Below are positions 8,868 to 17,258 of a DNA stretch of 64,000 nucleotides, piece after piece. The stretch's first letter is position 1. Every line of letters starts with the position of its first letter. The position numbers were made by a program, and so were the translations under genes. Below the pieces are notes generated by a model. The model did not search any database. It was not told the DNA's origin and saw only the letters and a program-made list of their open reading frames with translations. Source of the stretch: Gemmatimonadota bacterium (GTDB taxonomy: Bacteria > Gemmatimonadota > Gemmatimonadetes > Palauibacterales > Palauibacteraceae); the NCBI GenBank assembly GCA_965116475.1, contig OZ220691.1, positions 2,112,001 through 2,176,000 of the forward strand, given 5' to 3'.

Positions 8868-10098
8868 CGAGCGGTCCGGCGCCCAGCCGCGCCGGAGCGG
8901 CCCGGCGCGCTGGGTGCTGGGCCTCTTCCCGCTCGCGCTGCTGGCGGGGCTCATCGCGTTCTTCTTCGGTGCCGACCCCACGGCCCCCTTCCGCGACGCG
9001 TTCCCGCCCGTCGAGGACCTCACGATCGAGCGCGTGAGCTTCCCGGAGGGCGGCGTCATGCGCGTGCACGTCGTGAACGGCGGTCCGGAGGCGGCCACCA
9101 TCGCGCAGGTGATCGTCGACGATGCCTACTGGCAGTTCGAGATCGACGGCGATCCGACGCTGCCGCGTCTCGCCCGGGCCACGCTCGAGCTGGACTATCC
9201 CTGGGTGGAGGGAGAACTCCACGTCATCCGGCTCGTGACCTCCACGGGGCTCACGTTCGATCACGAGGTGGCGGTGGCGACGCTCTCGCCGCGCCCCAAC
9301 GCCCTCTACCTGACGACCTTCGGCCTCCTCGGCCTCTACGCGGGCGTGATCCCCGTCCTCGTGGGCCTGCTGTGGTACCCCTTCCTGCGCCGGATCGACC
9401 GCAAGTGGATCCACTTCTACCTCAGCCTCACCGTGGGCCTCCTCGCCTTCCTCGTCGTCGACGCGTTCGAGGACACGCTCAAGGCGTCGGCGCTCGTGCC
9501 GGAGGGATTCCAGGCGGCGGGGCTCATCGCCGTCGGCGTCATCGGCGCCATCGTCGGGCTCCGGGCGCTGGGGAACCTCGGACGCGGCCGGAGCGGCGGA
9601 AACTCCAAGGGCACGGGCGGCGGTGGGGGCGGCGGCGGGACGAGCCCGGGGCTCACGGTGGCGTACCTGATCGCCATCAGCATCGGGCTGCACAACCTCG
9701 GCGAAGGACTCGCGATCGGGGCGGCCTTTTCCCTCGGCGAGATCGCGCTCGGGAGTTTCCTCGTCATCGGCTTCGCGCTCCACAACACGACGGAGGGGCT
9801 GGCCATCGTCGCGCCCGTCGCGGACCGGCGGCCCGCGCTGCGGCACTTCGCCTTCATGGGCGGAATCGCCGGGCTGCCGACCGTCCTGGGGGCGTGGGCG
9901 GGCGGATTCTCCTACTCGCCGACGCTGGCAACCTTCTTCCTCGCCCTCGGGGCCGGAGCCATCCTGCAGGTGATCGTCGAGGTCACGCGGCTGATCCGGA
10001 AGAGCTGGCCGCAGGGCCTGTTCACCCCCCTCAACGCCACGGGCCTCCTCCTCGGCCTGCTGGTCATGTACGGTACCGCACTCATGGTGACCGCGTAG
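8860..10098 (+). CDS. ZIP-family metal transporter with N-terminal extracytoplasmic domain
   Basis: IGLHNLGEGLAIG and FALHNTTEG ZIP signatures; overlaps the oxidase stop. Confidence 0.9.
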   Translation: MSDERSGAQPRRSGPARWVLGLFPLALLAGLIAFFFGADPTAPFRDAFPPVEDLTIERVSFPEGGVMRVHVVNGGPEAATIAQVIVDDAYWQFEIDGDPTLPRLARATLELDYPWVEGELHVIRLVTSTGLTFDHEVAVATLSPRPNALYLTTFGLLGLYAGVIPVLVGLLWYPFLRRIDRKWIHFYLSLTVGLLAFLVVDAFEDTLKASALVPEGFQAAGLIAVGVIGAIVGLRALGNLGRGRSGGNSKGTGGGGGGGGTSPGLTVAYLIAISIGLHNLGEGLAIGAAFSLGEIALGSFLVIGFALHNTTEGLAIVAPVADRRPALRHFAFMGGIAGLPTVLGAWAGGFSYSPTLATFFLALGAGAILQVIVEVTRLIRKSWPQGLFTPLNATGLLLGLLVMYGTALMVTA

Positions 10099-10114
10099 CA
10101 CCAAAGGAGGCGCG

Positions 10115-10546
10115 ATGCTCGGCGGCAGAAACCCCGGCCTCGGTCTGGCCATCCTCCGCGTCGTAATCGGACTGATCTTCGTGATGCACGGCTGGCCGAA
10201 GCTGGCCGGCGGCATCGAAGGCACCGCGGCGTTCCTCGGGTCGCTCGGAGTGCCGCTCTCCGGCGTCGTCGCGTGGGGGATCGCGCTGGCCGAGACCCTG
10301 GGCGGCGCCTGCCTGGTCGCGGGCCTGCTCGTGACGCCCTTCGCCCTGCTTCTCGCCGCCCACATGCTGGCGGGGATCTTCCTCGTGCACCTGGCCAACG
10401 GCTTCTACGTCGTGGGCCCGGGCCAAGGGGGCTACGAGTTCAACCTGCTCCTGGTCGCCGCCCTGCTGACCCTGGTGCTGGCCGGATCGGGGATCGCGAC
10501 GGCCAGGAGCCTCTTCACGAGCGACGTCGAGGTCGTCATCGACTGA
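10115..10546 (+). CDS. DoxX family membrane protein
   Basis: LRVVIGLIFVMHGWPKL and GGYEFNL motifs; AGGAGG SD. Confidence 0.9.
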   Translation: MLGGRNPGLGLAILRVVIGLIFVMHGWPKLAGGIEGTAAFLGSLGVPLSGVVAWGIALAETLGGACLVAGLLVTPFALLLAAHMLAGIFLVHLANGFYVVGPGQGGYEFNLLLVAALLTLVLAGSGIATARSLFTSDVEVVID

Positions 10547-10560
10547 GACGTTCCCGCGCA

Positions 10561-10589
10561 TCGACACCGCGGACGGGGCCATGTAGACT
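10561..10589 (+). promoter_or_regulatory. Putative sigma70 promoter giving a leaderless transcript
   Basis: TCGACA-17 bp-TAGACT, 6 nt before ATG 10596, no SD. Confidence 0.55.
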
Positions 10590-10595
10590 GGAAGC

Positions 10596-10925
10596 ATGCG
10601 CCGATTCGCGATTCCCCTGCTTCTTGCCGCGCTCGTGCTTCCGTACGCGCGCGCCCCGCTGTGCGAGGCGGGGTCGCACGAGCACGGGGAGCACCACGCG
10701 ATGGCGGGATCGCCGACGCTCGTCGAGTCTCCGGTGGAGGGCGCGGACGCCGGCACGGACTGTCACTCGCTGATGGGTTGCGCCGTCGTGCTGCAGGCCT
10801 CGCTTCCGCTCGGCACGGCCGGCTTCCGCTCTTTCGCGCACGACGCGGACGCCGCGCCCGCCGGCGCCGCACTCCAACTCCGGTCCCGAGCCTCTCCCGA
10901 CACCCCTCCGCCCCAAACCGTCTGA
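10596..10925 (+). CDS. Small exported His/Cys-rich peptide with C-terminal polyproline (CutF/CruR/DUF2946-like)
   Basis: Signal-like N-terminus, HEHGEHH, CHSLMGC, ends PDTPPPQTV; directly upstream of cusCBA. Confidence 0.7.
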   Translation: MRRFAIPLLLAALVLPYARAPLCEAGSHEHGEHHAMAGSPTLVESPVEGADAGTDCHSLMGCAVVLQASLPLGTAGFRSFAHDADAAPAGAALQLRSRASPDTPPPQTV

Positions 10926-11012
10926 ACGGACGCACCCACAGGAGCGTCCCGGTCGCCGTTAGACGACGGCGACCCGTGGGCGAGTTGTCACCGTTCAGAT
11001 GAGAGGCATCTC

Positions 11013-12323
11013 ATGCCAGCCGTATACCATGCCGGCGTGTCCCGCAGGAAGGGCGGGATCCGCGGAGGCATCCGGCTCTTCGCGTGTGCCGTGGCGGCAG
11101 GCGGGGCCATGGCGTCTCAGTCGCGGGCGCAGGAGCGCGACACGCTCCACCTGGCCGACGCGGTCGCCGTGGCGCGCGGCGCGAACCCGATGCTGCGGGT
11201 CGCCCGCCTGCGAGCCGACGCCGCCCGGGCGCGCGTGCCGCAGATGGGCGCACCGCCCGATCCGGTCGTCGCGTTCCGCCTCGGAAACCGCCCCCTCGAC
11301 GGCTTCGGAGCGGGCGAGAGAATGACGATGAACACGCTCCAGTTCCAGCAGACGCTGCCCTGGCCGGGGAAGCTCGGGTTCGCGGAGGCGCGCGCGGCAC
11401 ACCTCGCGGGCGCCGAGGAACTGGCGGTCCTCGACGCCGAGGCCGCCCTCGTCCGGCGCGTGAAGGCGGTGTACTTCGAACTCGCCTTCGAAGACCGGGC
11501 ACTGGACATCATGCGCGACACGCGCGACCTCCTGCGTGAGTTTCTCGACGTCTCCAACACGCTCTACGCCGTGGGGGCCGGCCTGCAGAACGATGTCCTG
11601 CAGGCGCAGGTGGCCGTCGCCACGATGAGCGAGGACATCACGGCGGCGGAACAGACCCGGCTCGCCATGGCGGCCCGACTGAACGCGCTCCTGGGGCGCG
11701 AGCCCGAACGGCACGTGGGGGCGCTCGAACTTCCCGGTGCCGGCGAGCCGCTTCCCGGCGTGAAGGACCTCATGGCCCTGGCTGCCGAGAGACGGCCCGC
11801 GCTGCGCGCCGCCCGCGAGCGAATCCGGGCCGCGGAGTCGGCCTACGAGGGCGCCCGCCGCGCCCTGTACCCGGATGTGAGGCTCGGGGCCGACTACGCG
11901 CACCGGCCGCAGTTCGCGGACATGCTGAGTTTCAGCGTGGGAGTCAGCATCCCGCTATGGGCGGGTTCCCGCCAATTGCCCATGCGGGACGAAGCGTTCG
12001 CCCGCCGGGCCGCCGAGGAAGCCGCCGAACTCGAACTCCTGAACGAGACCTATGCCCGGATCGCGGAGGCGCGGGCCGAGTCGGACCGGGCGCTGCGACT
12101 CCACGACCTCTATGCCACGTCGATCCTCCCCCAGGCGCGGGCGGCGGTCGAGTCGTCGCTCTCCGCCTACCGCGTGGGTGAGGTGGATTTCATGACGCTC
12201 GTGCAGAGCGAACTCACCGTGAACCGCTACGAGATCGAACGCGTGAGACTCACCGCCGCCTATCACACGGCCGTCGCGGAGATCGAAGCGTTGCTGGGGG
12301 GCGAAACGGAGGTGATCCGATGA
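11013..12323 (+). CDS. TolC/CusC-family outer membrane efflux protein
   Basis: OEP repeats (QTLPWPGK, GVSIPLW, AYRVGEVDF); first gene of an RND operon; exact start uncertain. Confidence 0.9.
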   Translation: MPAVYHAGVSRRKGGIRGGIRLFACAVAAGGAMASQSRAQERDTLHLADAVAVARGANPMLRVARLRADAARARVPQMGAPPDPVVAFRLGNRPLDGFGAGERMTMNTLQFQQTLPWPGKLGFAEARAAHLAGAEELAVLDAEAALVRRVKAVYFELAFEDRALDIMRDTRDLLREFLDVSNTLYAVGAGLQNDVLQAQVAVATMSEDITAAEQTRLAMAARLNALLGREPERHVGALELPGAGEPLPGVKDLMALAAERRPALRAARERIRAAESAYEGARRALYPDVRLGADYAHRPQFADMLSFSVGVSIPLWAGSRQLPMRDEAFARRAAEEAAELELLNETYARIAEARAESDRALRLHDLYATSILPQARAAVESSLSAYRVGEVDFMTLVQSELTVNRYEIERVRLTAAYHTAVAEIEALLGGETEVIR

Positions 12324-13546
12324 CGCGACTCAACCTCTTGCCGGCCGCGCGCGCCGGGGTCGGGCTCGTTCCGGTCGCAGCCGCGCTCTGGGCCTGCGGC
12401 GGCGGCTCCGAGATGGCGGAGATGCCCGGCATGGAAGGCGATCACTCCGCGCACATGCCCGCCATGGCCGCGCCCTCGGAACCCGACACGATGCCGGCGT
12501 TCGGGCGCGGCCTCGTGCAGCTTACGTCGGAGCAGGAGCAGGCGCTGGGCGTCACGTACACCGCCGTGGAGCGGATCTCGGCGGTGCGCGAGATCCGGAC
12601 CGTGGGCCGCATCGACGCCCCCGAGGGCAACATCGCCGACATCACGCCCAAGACCGACGGCTTCGTCGAAGAACTGCTGGTCGCGACGACGGGTGAGGCC
12701 GTTCGCCGCGGCGAGCCGCTGCTCACGATCTACAGCCCCGCGCTCGTGGCGGCCCAGGAAGAACTCCTGACCGCACGCCGGCTCGCCGCGCAGGTGGACC
12801 CGGCGGCCACCGAGGCATGGTCGGGCGCGCAGTCCATGCTCGAGGCCAGCCGCCGCCGCCTCGCCTGGTGGGATATCACCGAGGAGCAGATCGAGCGGCT
12901 CGAACAGACGGGAGAGGTGACCAAGACGATGCGTCTCGTCGCTCCCGTGAGCGGGATCGTGCTCGAGAAGGATGTCGTCGAAGGACAGCGGGTGACGCCG
13001 GGTATGCGCCTGTACCGGATCGCCGACCTGTCGACCGTTTGGGTGGAGGGAGAGGTATTCGAACAGGACCTCCAGTTCGTCGAGGTGGGTTCCCAGGCCC
13101 ATATCGAGGTCACCGCCTATCCGGGCGAACACATGATGGGGGCGGTGAGCTTCGTCTATCCCACCGTGGAGATCGCGAGCCGCACGAACCGGGTCCGGGT
13201 CTCCGTGCCGAACCCCGGCCTGCGCTTCAAGCCCGGGATGTTCGCCACCGTCTTCTTCGAGGTCGCGGCGATCCAGGACGAAATCGCGGTGCCGCTGGAG
13301 GCCGTCGTCGTCACCGGTGAGAGGAACCTCGTCTTCGTGCGCGACGAGACGGGACTTCTGATGCCGCATGAGGTGGTGCTGGGGGCGCGCGCCGGAGATC
13401 GCGTCCAGATCCTCAGCGGTCTCGTGGAAGGTGAGACGATCGTCGCCTCCGCGAACTTCCTCATCGATGCCGAGTCCCGCCTCGGTGCGACGGGCGGGAG
13501 CATGCCCGGCATGCAGCACGCGGGGCACGGAATGGAGGGACGATGA
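12320..13546 (+). CDS. cusB: Heavy-metal RND periplasmic adaptor (CusB-like lipoprotein)
   Basis: Lipobox-like LWAC, Met/His-rich termini, IYSPALVAAQEELL, LYRIADLSTVWV, KPGMFA, FLIDAESRL. Confidence 0.9.
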   Translation: MTRLNLLPAARAGVGLVPVAAALWACGGGSEMAEMPGMEGDHSAHMPAMAAPSEPDTMPAFGRGLVQLTSEQEQALGVTYTAVERISAVREIRTVGRIDAPEGNIADITPKTDGFVEELLVATTGEAVRRGEPLLTIYSPALVAAQEELLTARRLAAQVDPAATEAWSGAQSMLEASRRRLAWWDITEEQIERLEQTGEVTKTMRLVAPVSGIVLEKDVVEGQRVTPGMRLYRIADLSTVWVEGEVFEQDLQFVEVGSQAHIEVTAYPGEHMMGAVSFVYPTVEIASRTNRVRVSVPNPGLRFKPGMFATVFFEVAAIQDEIAVPLEAVVVTGERNLVFVRDETGLLMPHEVVLGARAGDRVQILSGLVEGETIVASANFLIDAESRLGATGGSMPGMQHAGHGMEGR

Positions 13547-16500
13547 TCACGCGCGTCATCGCGTGGTCGATCCGGAACCGGCTCCTCGTGCTTCTCGGGA
13601 CCGCCGCGATCATCGGCGCGGGCCTTTGGTCCGTGCGTACGACGCCGCTCGATGCGATCCCGGACCTCTCGGATGTCCAGGTCATCGTCCAGACCGACTT
13701 CGCGGAACAGGCCCCGCAGATCGTCGAGGACCAGGTGACGTACCCGATCGCGTCCGAGATGCTGAAGGTGCCGGGCGCGCGCGTCGTGCGCGCATTTTCC
13801 TTCTTCGGGCTCAGCCTCGTGTACGTGATCTTCGAGGACGGCACGGACATCTACTGGGCCCGTTCCCGCGTGCTCGAATACCTGAACGGAATCCGGCGGC
13901 AGTTGCCGGAGAACGTCGAACCCGTGCTCGGCCCGGACGCGACGGGCGTGGGCTGGGTCTACGAGTACACGCTCGAATCCGACAGCCTGGACCTCGCCGA
14001 ACTGCGCACGCTCCAGGACTGGTACCTCCGCTATCAGCTGACCGCGGTGCCGGGCGTGGCCGAGGTCGCGAGCCTGGGCGGGTTCGTGAAGCAGTACCAG
14101 GTGGAAGTGAACCCGGAGCGGCTGCGCGCGTTCGACATCCCCGTCACGCGCGTGTCGCAGGCGATCGGCGACCACAACATCGACATCGGGGCTCGCGTCC
14201 TCGAGATGGGCGGGCGCGAATACATGATTCGCGGCCTCGGCTACCTGCGGGGGACCGTGGACATCGAGAACGTGGCCGTCGGATCGACGCCGAACGGCAC
14301 ACCGATCCGGGTGGCCGACGTGGCGATCGTGCAGGAAGGCCCGGCTCCCCGGCGCGGCGTCGCGGATCTCGACGGCCGGGGCGAGGTCGTGGCCGGGATC
14401 GTCGTCATGCGCTTCGGCTCGGACGCACTCGAGACGATCGAGCGGGTCAAGGAGCGGCTGGAGGAGATCAACGCGGGGCTGCCCGCCGGGACCCGGCTGC
14501 GGCCGGCCTACGACCGGAGCGACCTCATCCACCGGGCGATCGACACGCTACGCGAGAAACTCGTGGAGGAATCGCTCATCGTCGCGGCCGTGGCGCTGAT
14601 CTTCCTGCTCCACGTCCGCTCGGCGCTCGTCGCGATCGTGACGCTGCCCCTCGGCATCCTCATCTCGTTCATCGTCATGCGCTGGATCGGCGTGAACGCC
14701 AACATCATGAGCCTCGGCGGGATCGCCATCGCGATCGGGGCGATGGTGGACGCGGCCATCGTCATGGTCGAGAACATGCACAAGCATCTCGAGCGCGCGG
14801 CACCCGGCACATCTCGCTGGGACGTGGTCCTCGAGAGCGCGAAGCAGGTGGGTCCGCCCCTCTTCTTCTCCCTCCTCATCATCACGTTCAGCTTCCTTCC
14901 GGTGTTCGCGCTCGAGCAGCAGGAGGGCCGGCTGTTCAAGCCCCTCGCGTTTACCAAGACGTTCGCCATGGCGGGGTCCGCGTTCCTCGCGATCACGCTG
15001 GTTCCCGTGCTCATGGGGTATCTCGTGCGCGGGCGGATCCGTCCGGAGCGGGCCAACCCGGTGAATCGCGTCCTGCGCTGGCTCTATCGACCCTTCCTGG
15101 GCTTCGCGCTGCGCCGCCCATGGCTCGTGGTCTGCGCCGCCGTGGCGCTGCTCGGGGCCACGATCTTCCCGTGGCAGCGGCTCGGCAGCGAGTTCATGCC
15201 GCCGCTGCAGGAGGGGTCGATCCTCTTCATGCCGACCACCGTGCCGGGGGCGTCGATCGCCCAGGCGCGGGAGATCATGCGGTACCAGGACAGCGTCCTC
15301 GCGTCGTTTCCCGAGGTTGAGCGTGTGTTGGGGAAAGCGGGGCGCGCGGAAACCGCCACGGATCCGGCCCCGCTCGACATGTTCGAGACGACGATCACGC
15401 TGCGGCCGCCGGAGGATTGGCGCCCCGGCGTGACGTACGCCGGGCTGCTCGCGCAGATGGACGAGGCGGTCGCGCTCCCCGGCGTGACCAACGCGTGGAC
15501 GATGCCGATCAAGGGACGCATCGACATGCTCGCCACCGGCGTGCGCACCCCGGTGGGGATCAAGATCTTCGGACCGAATCTCGACACGCTGCAGGCGCTC
15601 GGGGAGGAGGCTGAGCGGATCGTGCGCCGGATCCCCGGGACGCGGAGCGCGTTCGCGGAGCGCGGGGTCTCCGGGTATTACGTCGACATCGATGTCGACC
15701 GGCCGGAGGCGGCGCGCTACGGCCTCAACGTCGGGGATGTGCACAACGCGATCATGGCGACCGTCGGCGGGATGAACGCGACGGTCACCGTGGAGGGGCG
15801 GGAGCGCTACGCCGTGAACGTCCGCTACCCGCGCGAACTGCGGGACGACCTGCAGAACCTGCGCGAGGTGCTGGTCCCGGTCCCCGATGGCACGCAGATC
15901 CCGCTCGGCCAGGTGGCACGCGTCGCGGCTGTCCAGGGGCCCATGGCCGTGAAGACCGAGAATGCCTTTCCCGTGACGACGATCTTCGTCGATATCGAGG
16001 GAGTGGATGTCGGGAGTTACGTGGACGAGGCCCGGCGCGTCGTCGCATCCCAACTCGAACTTCCCAGCGGGTACTCCCTCGTGTGGAGCGGGCAATACGA
16101 ATTCATGCAGCGGGTGCAGGAGCGTCTGCGCGTCGTGATTCCGGTCACGCTCGCCATCATCTTCCTGCTCCTCTACCTCAACTTCCGCGGCGTGGCCGAA
16201 TCGCTGATCGTCATGCTCGCCCTGCCGTTCTCGCTCGTGGGCGGCATCTGGTTCCTGTGGCTGCTGGGCTACAACACGAGCGTCGCGGTCTGGGTCGGGT
16301 TCATCGCGCTCGCCGGCGTGGCGGCGGAGACGGGCGTCGTGATGCTGATATACCTGGACGAGGCGTTCCGCCGCCGCCTCCGCGAAGGACGGATCGAGAC
16401 CGCCGCGGACGTGATGGCGGCGGTTCGCGAAGGGGCCCTGGAGCGGCTGCGTCCCGTGGTGATGACGGTGACGGCGATCACGGCGGGGCTGATGCCGATC

Positions 16501-16680
16501 CTGTGGAGTTCGGGCACCGGCGCGGACGTGATGAAGCGGATCGCCTCGCCCATGGTCGGAGGAATGATCTCCGCGACCGTCCTCACGTTGCTCGTGATCC
16601 CCGCCATCTACCTCCTGTGGCGCCGGTGGCAACTCCGGCGCCTGGCGGTCGCATCGACGCCGCCCGCTTCCCGGGCGTGA
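13543..16680 (+). CDS. cusA: CusA-family Cu(I)/Ag(I) RND efflux pump
   Basis: LDAIPDLSDVQV, GPDATGVGW, AMVDAAIV; Met-triad contexts FMPTT, PLDMFET and RIDMLATG. Confidence 0.96.
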   Translation: MITRVIAWSIRNRLLVLLGTAAIIGAGLWSVRTTPLDAIPDLSDVQVIVQTDFAEQAPQIVEDQVTYPIASEMLKVPGARVVRAFSFFGLSLVYVIFEDGTDIYWARSRVLEYLNGIRRQLPENVEPVLGPDATGVGWVYEYTLESDSLDLAELRTLQDWYLRYQLTAVPGVAEVASLGGFVKQYQVEVNPERLRAFDIPVTRVSQAIGDHNIDIGARVLEMGGREYMIRGLGYLRGTVDIENVAVGSTPNGTPIRVADVAIVQEGPAPRRGVADLDGRGEVVAGIVVMRFGSDALETIERVKERLEEINAGLPAGTRLRPAYDRSDLIHRAIDTLREKLVEESLIVAAVALIFLLHVRSALVAIVTLPLGILISFIVMRWIGVNANIMSLGGIAIAIGAMVDAAIVMVENMHKHLERAAPGTSRWDVVLESAKQVGPPLFFSLLIITFSFLPVFALEQQEGRLFKPLAFTKTFAMAGSAFLAITLVPVLMGYLVRGRIRPERANPVNRVLRWLYRPFLGFALRRPWLVVCAAVALLGATIFPWQRLGSEFMPPLQEGSILFMPTTVPGASIAQAREIMRYQDSVLASFPEVERVLGKAGRAETATDPAPLDMFETTITLRPPEDWRPGVTYAGLLAQMDEAVALPGVTNAWTMPIKGRIDMLATGVRTPVGIKIFGPNLDTLQALGEEAERIVRRIPGTRSAFAERGVSGYYVDIDVDRPEAARYGLNVGDVHNAIMATVGGMNATVTVEGRERYAVNVRYPRELRDDLQNLREVLVPVPDGTQIPLGQVARVAAVQGPMAVKTENAFPVTTIFVDIEGVDVGSYVDEARRVVASQLELPSGYSLVWSGQYEFMQRVQERLRVVIPVTLAIIFLLLYLNFRGVAESLIVMLALPFSLVGGIWFLWLLGYNTSVAVWVGFIALAGVAAETGVVMLIYLDEAFRRRLREGRIETAADVMAAVREGALERLRPVVMTVTAITAGLMPILWSSGTGADVMKRIASPMVGGMISATVLTLLVIPAIYLLWRRWQLRRLAVASTPPASRA

Positions 16681-16702
16681 CGGCCCGCCAGCCGGCGCGG
16701 CG

Positions 16703-17191
16703 TCAACCGCCCGGCGGACCCAGCGGGCTCGGCTCGCAGTTCTCCGTTTCGCGGGTGTAGGCGATGCTGGAGATCTTCCAGCCGTCTCCGCCACGAACGA
16801 GGCTCACCGCGTCGATCCCGCAGTGGCTGAACCGGCCGTCCACGTGGAAGTCGTAGGGCGTCCACACGACGGCGATCGGACCCTCGATCATCACGTGCGG
16901 GTCCCACATCCGTTCGAGCAGGGCGGGGCCCGGCTGGCCGATGGAGGCGGCGAACTCGGCGCCCGTGCTCTCCCGGACCTGAACTCCGTCTGGGGTCTCC
17001 GCCGTGGCCACGAAGGTGGCGCCTTCGGTCAGCAGGCCGCGGATCGCATCGCCGTCGCGGGCGGCCATGGCGTCGAAGAGGGCCTGCACGGCGGCGACCG
17101 CCCCCGCTTCGGCGTCATCCTGCCCGGCGGCAACCGCGGGCGTGGCGAGGATCGCCGCGGCGAGAAGGAACGTCGCTCCCAACTTTCTCAT
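16703..17191 (-). CDS. Exported NTF2-like (SnoaL/DUF4440/lumazine-binding-like) protein
   Basis: Signal peptide; IAVVWTPYDF, SHCGIDA and GWKISSI motifs. Confidence 0.8.
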   Translation of the reverse strand: MRKLGATFLLAAAILATPAVAAGQDDAEAGAVAAVQALFDAMAARDGDAIRGLLTEGATFVATAETPDGVQVRESTGAEFAASIGQPGPALLERMWDPHVMIEGPIAVVWTPYDFHVDGRFSHCGIDAVSLVRGGDGWKISSIAYTRETENCEPSPLGPPGG

Positions 17192-17258
17192 GAGATTCTC
17201 CCGATTTCTGTCGTCGGTGGTCCTTCGTCCGGCCGGTCTCCATGACACGTCCGGACGC

